Assembly (NCBI RefSeq): GCF_009914755.1
Contig: NC_060932.1
Source of the DNA: the human T2T-CHM13v2.0 reference genome, Homo sapiens
Length of the DNA: 64,000 nucleotides
Reading direction: 5' to 3' (one strand)
This document shows positions 1 to 12,839 of this stretch, in pieces. The position numbers and the translations under genes were made by a program. The notes under the pieces were generated by a model, which saw only the letters and a program-made list of their open reading frames with translations, searched no databases and had not been told where the DNA came from. Positions within the stretch are counted from its first letter, which is position 1. Each line of letters starts with the position of its first letter.

Positions 1-619
1 TATATTACACAATATATAATATATAATATAATATATTATATAGTATATATAATATATTATATAATATATATATAGTATATAATATATATATACTATATAT
101 ATATAATATATAGTATATAATACATATAATATATATATAATATACTATATAATATATTATATAACATATAATATATAATATATAATATATAATATATACT
201 ATATACTATATACTATATAATATACAATATATACTATATAATATATAATATATATAATATATACTATATAATATATACTATACTATATATAATATATAAT
301 AAATATATAATATATAATATATATAATATATACTATATAATATACTATATATACTATATAATATATAATATACAATATATATATAATATACAATATATAT
401 ATAATATATACTATATAATATATACTATATAATATATAATATACAATATATAATATATAATATATATAACATATATAATATAATGTATAATATATACTAT
501 ATATAATATAATGTATAATATATACTATATATAATATATAATATATATAATATAATATATAATATATAATATATATAACATATAATATATATAATATAAT
601 ATATATAATATATATATAA
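1..619. repeat. Degenerate (TA)n / AT-rich low-complexity tract, runs off the window start
   Basis: Almost only TATA, TATAA and TACTA units for ~620 bp. Confidence 0.97.
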
Positions 620-639
620 TTTTTTTGCCCCTCATATAT

Positions 640-1420
640 TCTTTCTGGACTATCATTTACACTGTAATTTCACCTAAAATATACTTTTGAGATTATTGGC
701 TTCTCATTATACCAAGAGCTTCCTTTTATTTTTATGCCAGCATGACATTCTAGTTTATGTATTATAATTTATTAAATCCCCATTGATGGATATTTATTTT
801 ATTCCCAATCTTTTTCCACCAGTAAAAAATGCTGCAGTGAATAATCATACACATATATCATTTTGCATGTGTGTGAGACTAGAACTGGTTTTCTGGGTCA
901 AAGATTTTGTGCATTTGTAAAGTTGATAGATATCGCCAAATCGCCTTCTGTAGAGGTTGTGATTTTCTCTCTTCCTAGCATTGTCTGAGAGTAGTTGTTT
1001 CCCTATAGCTTTTCTATCCCAATTTTTAATGAAACTTCTGGATTTTTACCAATCTTATAGGTGAAAATTGTTTCCCAGTGTAACTTAAATAAATAGTTCT
1101 CATATGATGAAGGAGGTTGAGCCATTATTCTCATGTTTAAGAGCGATTACATTTTCTTTGCTGGGAGATGTCTCCTGTGAACAGTATCCTCTTTTCTGTT
1201 GTAATGTTTATATATCTCTTAAAATTATGTAAAGTACTTCGATTTTCCAGCTTGTCATTTGTCTTTTAACTTTGTATATTGTGCTTTTTCCCATGCAGAT
1301 GTTTTTGATTTTTATGTAGTTAAATTTTAAATCTGCCTAACGTGATTTTTTAATTCCCTAAATTTATGTAGAATTTTTATTCCAGTGCAGTTTGGGCCCT
1401 TGGCTCCTTTCCACATCCCT
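640..1420 (-). mobile_element. Old L1 (L1ME-like) 3' fragment
   Basis: Antisense L1M-type motifs such as 'gctgcagtgaataatc', 'tttctgggtcaaag' and 'gatagatatcgccaaatcgcc'. Confidence 0.6.
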
Positions 1421-2391
1421 CTTAACTGTGAATGGAATAAAAGCAAGCAGTGAAATGATTTTTCTGCTCTTCCATGACTCTTGTTACAGAGGCAGAGGTC
1501 AGCCCCATCCACTTCTTTCCATACATTTTGCTTAATACTAGGTGGTTAATAAATATTAAATGCATGAATGGGAGAGTGGATAAAAGCATGAAGGAAATGC
1601 TGAGTTGCTGAATACAGGCCCTGACAATGATGATATGTGAGTCCACAAAGCACAGAGACTAGGTGTTTTTGGATTCAACATGTTTATTCATTGGTCAGTG
1701 AGTTAACAATGCAGTATACAACATCATTCACTTTGTGAGTGGCCATTAAATGTTAATAGTTACTGTGCAACAGGTAGAATAAAGGAAGGGAAAAAAAGGG
1801 GTAAATATTCAAGACAAAACCAACAAAAATTCAGAACCTTGGACAGAACCAGGCCAGAGCTATTCTAAGGCATACATAAGAAGTCCTAGTGCCACCTAAA
1901 CAAACCCTTTAGTTTGGGGGGCACGAGGACTTTCCCTTTCAGCATTTCTCATCTGTCCCCATGTCTAGGGGCATAGTGCCATTTTTCTCTCTAGAACTGG
2001 GCACTAGATTTTCAGCCACTACCCTATCATCAGCACCACTCCCACCTACTCGGCAATTGTTATTGCTGGCCTGTTTTTTGCAGATAGCTGTCCTCTTGCT
2101 CCAGACCAATTTTTAGGACTGACCGTTTTATAATAGAACATACTTTGTCCTATCCTGGAAAGATGGATGCTACTCTTGGCCACTTAACACTGTGGGGCAT
2201 GGCCAGATAACGAAATCATGGTAAAATGGGAATGACTGGTACTAACTTACATATGTTACTCTTTAAACCCAAAGATTAATTCTCATATAGGAAGGTTTTA
2301 TATAATGAGAAAGCTGAATATGGATACATTTTAAGCCTTAGGAATTTGGTTCGCAAGTTCCCGCAGTATTTGGTTCTAGTAATTAGCATTC

Positions 2392-2505
2392 TTTTAAAAA
2401 CATTTTTTAGAGACAGAGTCTGGCTGTGTTGCCATAGCTTGAATTCCTGGGCTCAACCCATCCTCCTGCCTCAGCTTCCAAAGTAGCTGGGACTGCAGGT
2501 GCAGG
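2392..2505 (-). mobile_element. FLAM-type Alu monomer
   Basis: T-rich start then 'agagacagagtct...gaattcctgggctcaa...cctgcctcagcttccaaagtagctgggact'. Confidence 0.8.
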
Positions 2506-2560
2506 CTGTAAACTGCATTCTTAAGTTTGTTAGTTGTTGTAGATAAACAAATTGTGCATG

Positions 2561-3155
2561 TGTCACAGGCTTTTGAACCAGAGCAACTCCATCTTGAATA
2601 GGGGCTGGGAAAATAAGGCCGATACCTACTGAGTTGCATTCCCAGGAGGTTAGGCATTCTAAGTCACAGGATGAGATACATCCTTGCTGATAAAACAGGT
2701 TGCGGTAAAGAAGCCGGCCAAAAGCCACCAAAACCAAGATGTTGACAAAAGTTAACTCTAGTCGTCCTCACTGCTCATTATACACTAATTATAATACATT
2801 AGGATGCTAAAAGACACTCCCACCAGTGCCATGACAGTTTACAAATGCGATGCCAACAACAGGAAGTTACCCTATATGGTCTAAAAAGGGGAGGAACCCT
2901 CAGTTCCGGGAATTGCCCACCCCTTTTCCAGAAAACTCATGAATAATCCACCCCTTGTTTAGCATGTAAACAAGAAATAACCTTAAAAATAAGTTACCAG
3001 CAGCCCTCGGACTGCTTTGCCTGTGGAGTAGCCATTCTTCTGTTCATTTACTTAATAAACTTGCTTTCACTTTATGGATTTGCCTTGAATTCTTTCTTGC
3101 GTGAGACCCAAGAACCCTTTCTTGGGGTCTGGATCGAGACCCCTTTCCAGCAGCA
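2561..3155 (+). mobile_element. MER41B-type ERV1 solo LTR
   Basis: TG...CA termini; matches recalled MER41 consensus ('ttgaaccagagcaactccatcttgaataggggctggg', 'ggggtctggatcg'); AATAAA near 3054; 4-bp TSD CATG at 2557-2560 and 3156-3159. Confidence 0.92.
2904..2912 (+). promoter_or_regulatory. STAT GAS motif inside MER41B
   Basis: TTCCGGGAA matches TTCNNNGAA; the second tandem site (2925-2933, TTTCCAGAA) is degenerate. Confidence 0.6.
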
Positions 3156-3995
3156 CATGATGCTTTAAACTGAAGATAAAGTGAAAAAAGAAGTCCTGTT
3201 ATAATAATGTTCCTTTATAATGTTAGTGTCAGGAGGAGTTTGGGGGTGGGGAGCATGCCAGGAGTCAGGGCTATCAAACTTCTGAAAAGATCTCTCTGAT
3301 GCTCTGATAGCATCCGGGAGCCTGTGATACCTTAATTCTTCTGCAGGGCACATAGTAAATAGCTCACAAGGCTTCCTCGTGCTGTTTTATCTAATCTAAT
3401 TCCTTTTCGGCCCCCTTGGCCACATAAGCACTTATTTTTCTCCATTCCTGCCCCTCTGGCTGGGAAGTAAGGTTTGACTCTGGCTTGCTGACATTCTTCA
3501 AAGCAAATCATCCTCAATAGCCAGGTTAGACTTGTGTATTTAAGCTGCTAAATGTGCATTGTCATGGAAGCTGTTGCCTTGATTTTGCATGACAGTATGC
3601 TGTTTCCTCCTGTCTGAAGCCTGACACCGGTGGGGGGATGTCTGAGGTCTTCACTACAAAGTAAAGAGACTTCCCGGAAGGAGCTTCTGATCTGGATGCT
3701 GACAAATAAGTAGATATGCTTTTATATCATTTTTTAAAGGTGATTCCGAGAGGGTGTGGAAGTGGGAGAATGTCAGGGTGCCACACACAGGCTGTCAGAA
3801 ATGCTAAGGCAAAGTTTTTCATAATGCCTGAATACTTCAAATGATTTAACCATTGGAAGAGAGACAGATGATTATAGAATCTTAAAATAAAGCCAGAGAA
3901 GTAGGGAGCTGGAGAGGGCCCTGAGGGTGGGCAGGAGAAATGATCATCTATTGAATGCCTGTCATAGGCCACACCCCATGCGAGTTGCCTGACAT

Positions 3996-4231
3996 AGATG
4001 CCTCTTGGTATCCATGGGGGATTCGTTCTAGGAGCCTCTAATATACCAAAATCTGAGCATACTCAAGCCCTGCAGTTGCCCTGAGGAATCTGGAGATACT
4101 AAAAGTCATCCCTCCCTATATATGGGTTTCACATCCCAGGAATACTGTATTTTTGATTTCTGTTTGGTTGAAATAAATCTGCTTGTAAGTGGATCCATGC
4201 AGTTCAAACCCATGTTGTTCAGAAGCCAACT
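3996..4231 (+). mobile_element. MER8 (TcMar-Tigger non-autonomous DNA transposon)
   Basis: ~235 bp matching recalled MER8 ('ggtatccatgggggatt...gaatactgtattttt...cagttcaaacccatgttgttc'). Confidence 0.8.
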
Positions 4232-4295
4232 ATATATATATATATACGTGTGTGTGTGTGTGTGTATACGTATGTGTGTGTATATATATGTATGT

Positions 4296-4326
<31 letters not shown>
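4231..4326. repeat. Compound (TA)n(TG)n(CA)n microsatellite
   Basis: Read directly; strict pyrimidine-purine alternation. Confidence 0.95.
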
Positions 4327-4879
4327 ACTAATTCCCACAGGCTTATGGCTTAAGCATTTTTAACATAATCACGGTTTAGGAAACTGAGGTTCGAAAAGAT
4401 GGAATAATCTTCTCAAAGTCTTGATACAAATAAAAGTACAATAAGTCAGTCTGTCTCCAAGACTCATCTCACTAAGCTGTCTCCACCTTTCCCACCCATT
4501 ACATTCTCCTGCTTTGAAGGTGAGCAGACTTAGACGCAGGAAGATGAAATGCCTTAACTCATTTCTCAATCCAGAGCAGCAGGAAGCGTAAGAGGAGGAG
4601 AGGAGAACCCTTTCATCTTCATCCTCTCATCCTTCATGTTTTTAATGATGTGTTTTGATCACCACAGAGATTTTGTTGTTAACATAGTTTGAATCCCCTT
4701 CATGGCAGGTTCATTTAAGTGATGCGCATTTAATGAGTTGATAGAGTTGTTGCAGGTTGGAGCTCAGATGCTCACATAAAGGAGGGAGGGCAGACTCCCT
4801 CTAGTAACTCATTACTCAACATGCCAGCCAATACGCAGGAGCCTTGACAGGGACCCACGTGTGCCTGCCTCTGTGTGTA

Positions 4880-4883
<4 letters not shown>

Positions 4884-4921
<38 letters not shown>
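4884..4921. repeat. (TG)n microsatellite
   Basis: Read directly. Confidence 0.95.
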
Positions 4922-4922
<1 letters not shown>

Positions 4923-5489
4923 ATGCACATGCATGTGTGTATGTTCAGAGATCAAGCAGGAGTGATTTTTTTTTGTCTCTCAGTTGATTCCTGGCAGCTA
5001 GACCACTCTGTACGTCCTAGGGAGCTTAAGGAAGTTAGTGGTCTATAAATCATCCACTAAGCCCCCGAATGAGACTCTCTGTTGGAAATGGTAACAGTAA
5101 CTCCGTCAAGAGTAGACTGGGGTTCTGGCCTCATCATTATTGTCATAACATCTTCTGAGTCAAGTCACGCTCTTTGCACTTGCTGTCTGAAGCTGGCATT
5201 TGGAGATAAGCTTTTGTGATGTGTCATCAAGCCAGGGACTTCTTATGGAGGAAGGGAGTTGTGTTTTCCGGCATGTCTAGCATGATAGAAGCAAGGAAAA
5301 CAGAACCAAACTGCTTTGGTGGAGTCCAGATCCCTTTTATGTGGTCCAGAGGATAAGGTCTGTGTGGTCCAGCTTGGACTGAAATTGCCCAGAGGCAATG
5401 AAAGGCTCCACAGATAGGGGTAAGTTTTAGTAAAATCAGTAGTGATGATTGTGTGTGAGAAATGGCTCATAAGTGGGAAACCACTTTAT

Positions 5490-5690
5490 AATCCTGGCTG
5501 TGGCTGGGCCAGTAATTTATCAAGTGACCTTATGTTAATCATTTCACTTGTCTGGACCTCCACTTTCTCATCTGTGAAGTGGAAATAATGGTATCTGATC
5601 TATCTATTTCATAAGATTGCATCAAGGGTCAAAAGAGCTCACATATGTAAAACTGCTTTAAGGTTTTATGGCCCTATATGACTACAAGGT
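5490..5690 (+). mobile_element. MIR SINE
   Basis: 'gtgacctt...cactttctcatctgtgaagtggaaataat...atgtaaaactgcttt'. Confidence 0.7.
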
Positions 5691-5769
5691 ATTGTGAGGG
5701 GCAGTGTTGCATATCCCCCATTCAACCAGCAAAGTCCTGTTGATTCTACATTCCTTACAATTCTCCCAT

Positions 5770-6575
5770 TGTAGGAGGTAGATTTATGAGGTGGCCGCTA
5801 AGATTCTTTCCCCTTGGTGCACAAGCTCTGTGTGATCTTCTCCCCTTGAGAGTGGGTGGGAAATGTGCCTATGATGAGTGATGTCGTTTGGCTGTGTCCC
5901 CACCCAAATCTCACCTTGAATTGTAGCTCCCATAATTCCCACATATTGTGGGAGACACCCAGTGGGAAGTAATTGAATCATGCGGGCGGGTCTTTCCCAT
6001 GCTGTTCTCATGACAGTGAATAAGTCTCATGATATCTGATGGTTTTATAAAGGGGAGTTCCCCTACACAAATTTGTCTTGCCTGCTGCCACCTAAGATGT
6101 CCCTTTGCTCTCTCTTCGTCTTCTGCCATGATTGTGAGGCCTCCCCAGCTATGTGGAGCTGTGAGTACATTAAACCTCTTTCCTTTATAAATTACCCAGT
6201 CTCAGGTATGTCTTTATTAGCAGTGTGAGGATAGACTAATGAAATGAGATAGTCATTACTGTTATTATGTTAGCTTATTTACCACTCCGCCATAACAGCC
6301 TGGAAGGGGATCTCTCCTATTGGCCACCATGAGTCCTACTGCAAGGAAATGAATTCTGCCAACAACCAAGTGAGCACAGAAGAAGAATTTGTGCCTCAGA
6401 TGAGACCCCAAGCCTAACTGACACCTTGATTTCAGCCTTGTGATATGCTGAGCAGAGAACCCAGCTAAGTTCTGTCCAGACTTCTGACTTACAGACCTGT
6501 GGGACATTAAATAGATGTTGCATGAAGCTGCTAATATTGTGGTCATTTATTATGCAGCAATAGAAAAGTAATACA
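5770..6575 (+). mobile_element. MLT1E/F-type MaLR LTR, interrupted by THE1
   Basis: TG start, ends 'gcagcaatagaaaagtaataca'; 5-bp TSD CCCAT at 5765-5769 and 6576-6580. Confidence 0.85.
5879..6243 (+). mobile_element. THE1B-type MaLR solo LTR
   Basis: 365 bp, 'tttggctgtgtccccacccaaatctc...attacccagtctcaggtatgtc'; 5-bp TSD ATGAG at 5874-5878 and 6244-6248. Confidence 0.9.
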
Positions 6576-8127
6576 CCCATTTCTTCCTTTTATTTCACTT
6601 TTGCTACTATCAAACACATTCCAAAAAGTAACTTATTTTACCTAGACTATTGCCATAGTCTTCCTGGAACCAGTATTTTCTTCTCTCCCCTCCTCTCTGG
6701 TAATCTATTTCATACTGAGACATGTGACTTCTCTATATTATATATATCCTTGATTCTATTGGTGAATTTTTTTTTTTTAATTTTCACATTTCTAAAATAG
6801 GGCTGTGTCTCATGATGGATGTGCACATTTAGTATAGTGCTTGTTTTCTTCCCCCAAAAACTCTTATTAAATTGATGATGCATTTTACTAATTGATGGTG
6901 TCTAAAAAATAGAGGAAATCTGGTAGCTTAGTCTTAAACACATCTATTCTAGCACTAAATAAAATCTAGTGAGAGCCTTCCTTCAGATGCCTTACCAGAG
7001 GAGAAAAGAGGGTCCCCTTCTCAAGACCTTCTTGAACGGCATCAACAGTAAAAGACACTGATGACCAGGAGTTTCCCTCGGAAGAAGCTGGTGTAGGCGA
7101 CATCAGCCAACAATATACTGGAACTCAACATCTTTGCAGTTATTTTCTTCTTTCTTATTGCTCCAGGTTGTTGGCACTCCAGATTCTTCTGTCACCCCTC
7201 TTTCTCTTTGGCACCAATGACCAGCATTCCTGGTACAGACTATTTCCCGATTCCCAAACAATGCCACAGATGGTGACACATTTCTTGTGATTTTCCTATT
7301 TATCATGTCTCTGCTTTAGCAGAGAGACCATCTGGGATCTCCTCCCAGGGATCCCAGGAGATTCCATTCATTGCTTGACTTAAGCCTCAATTGGATTTAT
7401 TTTAGACAGAGGAGAGAGCTCTGGCACAGGAGCAGAAGGCTCAGATATCACCCATCAGCTGTATGACCTTGGTGGTATCACTCCTTCCTCCCCCAGCCTC
7501 AGTTTTCTCATCTGTACAATGAGGTGTTCTCTAAGATTATTGTTATATTCTCTGACTAGCCCCAGAGCATCTTTTGCCTCATTTCAAATCTCCCCCAAAG
7601 TCATAGCAGAGAGTGGGTACTACAGTGAAGTCAGTCCATGCCACCAAGGGCTCCTGGGCTCCCTTGGGCATGCCAACAAGAGAGTCGGGGGAGGCCCAGG
7701 TCCTCTGCTCATCCCATTGTCCTTAGCAGGTAATAGAGCCATCACCCAGACTTCCTACAGCATGTTTTCCTGCGCAACCAGACTAACTGACATCCTTCTG
7801 TCTCCAAGTTCGTTCCTGCAGATGTTTCCAATCCTCATCACTTTATCATAATTGTTATGATAAGCATTTCTGCCAAAATGGTAGTAAAAACTCAATTTGC
7901 CTGAGCAAAATTAGCAAGAGAAAGTGTTCACGGCTAGTGCAACCTGGTTATTAAGCCATAGCAGGAATTGGCTGCAGCTGTGAAGTAAGATATAATTAAA
8001 ATCTGAGGCCCTTCACCACGTATCTGGTTTGTGCATTTGCAATGTTGTAGATACATGAATTACTGGGGCTGACCAGCTCAAGCTGTCCACTGGGAACCTG
8101 TCCAGAGAATTATATCTATTTGAATGT

Positions 8128-8128
<1 letters not shown>

Positions 8129-8175
<47 letters not shown>
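8129..8175. repeat. (AG)n microsatellite
   Basis: Read directly. Confidence 0.97.
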
Positions 8176-8180
<5 letters not shown>

Positions 8181-8435
8181 GTATACACATTCAGGACAGT
8201 GCAACAATAACTTGGGTAGACACATAAGGCGTGGAGGTGGAGGAGACAGACCCCACCCTGACAATCATGGGCTCTAGTTTAGATGTGCCATCAACTGTGT
8301 GACCTTGGACCAGTCACTTACCTTTCAGATTCTTAGCATCCTCTTTGGTGATATATAAGAAAGTAAAGATTACTCATAAGACGCTTGGTTCTAAAATTCC
8401 TGGCTGCTATTCTATTTGTAAAAGATAGAAAGAAC

Positions 8436-8799
<364 letters not shown>

Positions 8800-9640
8800 T
8801 CAAGAGGGAAAGACAAGACTGATGGAAATGAAGCCAGGAAACGCTGAGCAGTAGGCTTAGTTATTCTGATCAGTCTTTTATTTTTCAATTTATATGGACA
8901 CTAGTATCTCATTAACACTTTTTTCCCCTACGCAGTCATGATTTTATTAAACTCATATGCAGTACTTTTACCTGCTGAAGCCCTTGGCTGGGCTATTAAT
9001 GATAGCGCTTTTCTTGTTATAAAAGTCAAAGGATGTTTTGGGACTGGCCTCTGGCCCCCCTACTGTACTGCCACCCCTAGACACAGTTGTATCTTCCAGT
9101 CTTTCGCGTTCATTTCAAGTGAAGGGTGTGTGGGTACAGTGAGTATTATGGGTCTCAGCGCCTCCATAGACATCTGATACTTTGATTTCACTTACATACC
9201 TTAGGGCTACTGGAGAAAGCTGATGTTCCTGGAATGTTTCTTATGCCTTACTCATTTATTTGGGCTTCAAAAGATGCTGGTGGTCCTGACTTGGATCCCC
9301 CAGAGGCCCTGGTTGGTAGCTTGCAGATGAGGTTCTGCTTTGGAGCTGTGGCAGAGGACAGGAATACTGTGGTTGGCAGGGCATCTAGAATCCAAACATC
9401 TATCTGCTATCTTGGTTAACCTGCTGGGGGAAGCTGTCCTTCAAAACGGAGGATTGGGCTGAGGAAATGTAGGCTCATTTCATCTTAAAAAGGCTACTGT
9501 CTCCCACTACTCTCGGGCACTTTCAGCAGTTTGGCCACATGTTCGGTAATGTGTCTCCTAAAATCTCAGAGATGGTCCATCCTCTAACTGCCCCTTGTCT
9601 CCTGTGTCCTCCCCACAGGAACCATGTTAAGAGTACTCCC

Positions 9641-9960
9641 GGCAGGGTGCGGTAATCCAGGCAATACAGCCTCATGCCTCTAATCCCAGCACTTTGGGAG
9701 GCTGAGGCGGGAGGATCACATGAGGCCAGGAGATCGAGACCAGCCTGGCCAATACGGTGAAATCCCGTATCTACTAGAAATACAAAAATTAGCCAGGCGT
9801 GGTGGTACGCATTTGTAATCCCAGTTACTTGGGAGGCTGAGGCACCAGAATCGTTTGAATCCAGGAGGCGGAGGTGCCAGTTAGCTGAGATCGCACGAGT
9901 ACACTCCAGCCTGGGTGACAGAATGAGATGCTGTCACAAAAGAATAAAATAAAATAAAAG
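9641..9960 (+). mobile_element. Alu with 15-bp insertion near its 5' end
   Basis: Dimeric Alu with (TAAAA)n tail; extra 'aatccaggcaataca' at 9654-9668. Confidence 0.93.
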
Positions 9961-10379
9961 AACACCCCTGTGTTGCTGTGGTTTTCTCTTCACTGCTACA
10001 CAAACTGTGTGGAGGTGGGTGAGCTTCTTGTTCTCTAGGGGTCTTGGTTTTTCTCATGACTGTGAGAACAGGGCTAGAGAGAATCTCTAGTTTTCTTGTA
10101 GGAAAAGTTATGGCCTGTCATGCTTCCTAGACCGAAGTAGACAGCTGGGATTGGACTCTAGCAGAGTTGGCATAAGGATTTTTAGACCATGTTTTCTCTT
10201 GCAGTCATTGGACCCAGGTTTTCAGGGATTGAAGTTAACTCCTGACTCAGGCCCTCAAGATAAAAGCAGGTGAATCTGAAATGGGACAACAAAGAAAAAG
10301 AGTGAAGGGTCCCTAAAATATGTCAAATATCAAGGGTCTGCCCCTGTGCTAGGCATTGTCACCAATATTGCCTCATTTG

Positions 10380-10640
10380 GTAGCACACAGTGCTTAGGAG
10401 CAAAAGCTCTGTGTTCTGATTGCCTGGGTTCAAATCCTGCCTGTAATACTAAGTATCCATATGGTTTTGGGAAAATTATGTGAGAATTTCATACCTCAGT
10501 CTCCCGATCGATCTGTAAAATGGGGTAAGAACACCCCGCCACGGAGTTATTGTCAGAAATTAAATATGTACATGCAAAAAACACAGAAAAGAAATGAACA
10601 TGTAACAAGTGCTAAATACATGTTAGCTATTATTACTACT
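10380..10640 (+). mobile_element. MIR SINE, followed by an opposite-strand MIR at ~10660-10800
   Basis: 'tgcctgggttcaaatcc...cctcagt...tctgtaaaatgggg...tgttagctattatt'. Confidence 0.8.
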
Positions 10641-11725
10641 ATTCAGTCTTAATCACACACACACCTTTTTACGAATATGGAAACAGGTTCAGAGAGGTCA
10701 CGTAGCCTACCTGACTCACCTAGCCAGTTAGTGACAGAGTTGAGTTTCAAACCCAAGTTTATCTGGCATCAAGCTCATATTGATTTTCTTCCCGCTATAC
10801 CTTTAGAGTCGATGAGATTCTGGAAGAATTATTTTCCTATTCCGTTTTGACTTTCATAGCATCACCATGAAAACATATTAGAGAAATCTGGGACTCACGG
10901 TTCATTCCCCAGACATAGACTCTCATTCAGGAAGGGGGCTGTCATGCTGAAATTTCAATGCCTCCAATGCGGAATTAGGCTGAGCCCCGACAGAAGTCCC
11001 AGCTGGGCAGAAACTGAGCCACTCACTTCAATCGGCCCTTTCCGCTGCCAGCGTGGGAGAGGAAGAGAGTGTGCTTCTGTTACAGTCAGATGTTCATCAT
11101 GGAAATAGATAATTTACCTTCCTTGAGGCTTGGTTTCTGCATATAGGAACTAGATCCCGGTCCACTTGCAGGGTTGCGGTCATCGTGGCCTGATAGTTCC
11201 CCATTCGAACTTCCTGGCACGTAGTCGGGGAGACCTCAGCCAGTGTTCATTTCCTTTGCACCCCTTTCTGTCTCTTATGCTAGTTGATCTGATAAATTTT
11301 CCTAACAATCTGAAACTGTGTATCTACAATCCTCCAATCATTTCTGTGTTTTTACATATAAAAGTAAAAGCTTATTGAGGGTTGTAATTGCTTGGGGATT
11401 TCCCTTCTTGCAGTCTCTTTGGGTAACCAAAGCCTCTCTGGCTTCTCGCAATGTTTCTGATGTTAACATTTTAATAACACACTCAGAGTGTTTTTGTTTT
11501 ATGAATTCTAATATAGATGGGAGTTCTCCCCCAGAGAGGTTTTTAAAGCAGGTGTTTTTAAGTGAATAACTCAATATCTACATGCATATTTCTGTGACTA
11601 AAAGCCATTTTTTCTTCCAGACGTCAAATTGCTCTAGTTTTCAGGCAGCTCTGGGGTGGTCACCTGCCTTGTTTAAAGATTCTTTTACCTTTCTCTGAGG
11701 AGCTTACTGCACTCTGAAAGCCTTG

Positions 11726-11727
<2 letters not shown>

Positions 11728-11767
<40 letters not shown>
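11728..11767. repeat. (GT)n microsatellite
   Basis: Read directly. Confidence 0.97.
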
Positions 11768-11774
<7 letters not shown>

Positions 11775-12288
11775 CTGTACAATCAGAAAAGTTTGTCCAC
11801 AGCTTAAGGTGGACTTCCTCTCCCACATTAAGTGGAAAAAAAAATAGCTGTAACATCTATGAACATATCTCCAAAAAGAAGGCCTGACTAGGTAACAATT
11901 CATCTACCTCTTCTGTTGGACTTATTTGCTCCCTTCTTATAGAGAATTGCAGGATCTGCCTGATCCGGAGGAACCTTCTGATCTCATTCCACACACCCTG
12001 GACATGAGCTTTTGATCTCAAAGCTTACAGGACAGTGCACAATTGCTGTGCCTAGAGAGTCTACTGCAGAGGGGGAGGAAAGAGCGATGATCACTGGTGT
12101 GGAAGTGTGGTCCTAAGAGAGCTTCTGAAACTCTTGTATCTAGGGGACTCTCCTGGGAGAACTTAATAGGGATTTCTCCAAAGTTACGCTCACAAAAGCT
12201 TGGGCCATACCACTGCTCCAGCATTCTCAGGGTGTCAGGATACCTACTTATAGATTAGGGAGCTCGAAGTCTTGCGATTAGAAGTCCA

Positions 12289-12502
12289 AGACACAGAGAG
12301 GGGAACAACACATACTGGGGCCTGTCATGGGAGCAGGGGGAGGGAGGGCATAATAATAAATAGCTAATGCATGCGGGGCTTAATACCTAGGTGATGGGTT
12401 GATAAGTGCAGCAAACCTCCATGGCACAGGTTTACCTATGTAACAAACCTACATTTCCTGTACATGTATCCTGGAACTTAAAATAAAATAAAGTAAAATA
12501 AA
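12289..12502 (+). mobile_element. 5'-truncated L1PA (older primate subfamily) 3' end
   Basis: 'aatacctaggtgatgggttgat...gtttacctatgtaacaaacct...ggaacttaaaataaaa'; TSD AAGTCCA at 12282-12288 and 12503-12509. Confidence 0.92.
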
Positions 12503-12839
12503 AAGTCCAGTTATTGCCTTTTTATAACCAGCATTTCCTAAAGTTATTTCAACAAGGAGCTCGTTTCTTGTTGCACATGTGGTAGCGTGCCGGGGAAAGC
12601 TGTTCTGCAGGACATTAGTTGTGAAGTGCTGATAAGGAATAGACAGATCCCCTGAAAGGAGCATGGATACTCGATTTATCCATTTTGGAGCTGAAGGGAG
12701 GGGCCCTGCCATCTCTGGTCTTCGAGATCATAGAGCCTGAGAGAATAGAACATCAAGCTGGAAAGGACTCGAGGCTCAGTCAGCTCAACCTTCCCACCTT
12801 GACCTTGCTCAGGGAGGGCAAGAAGCTCTGCTCAAGCTC

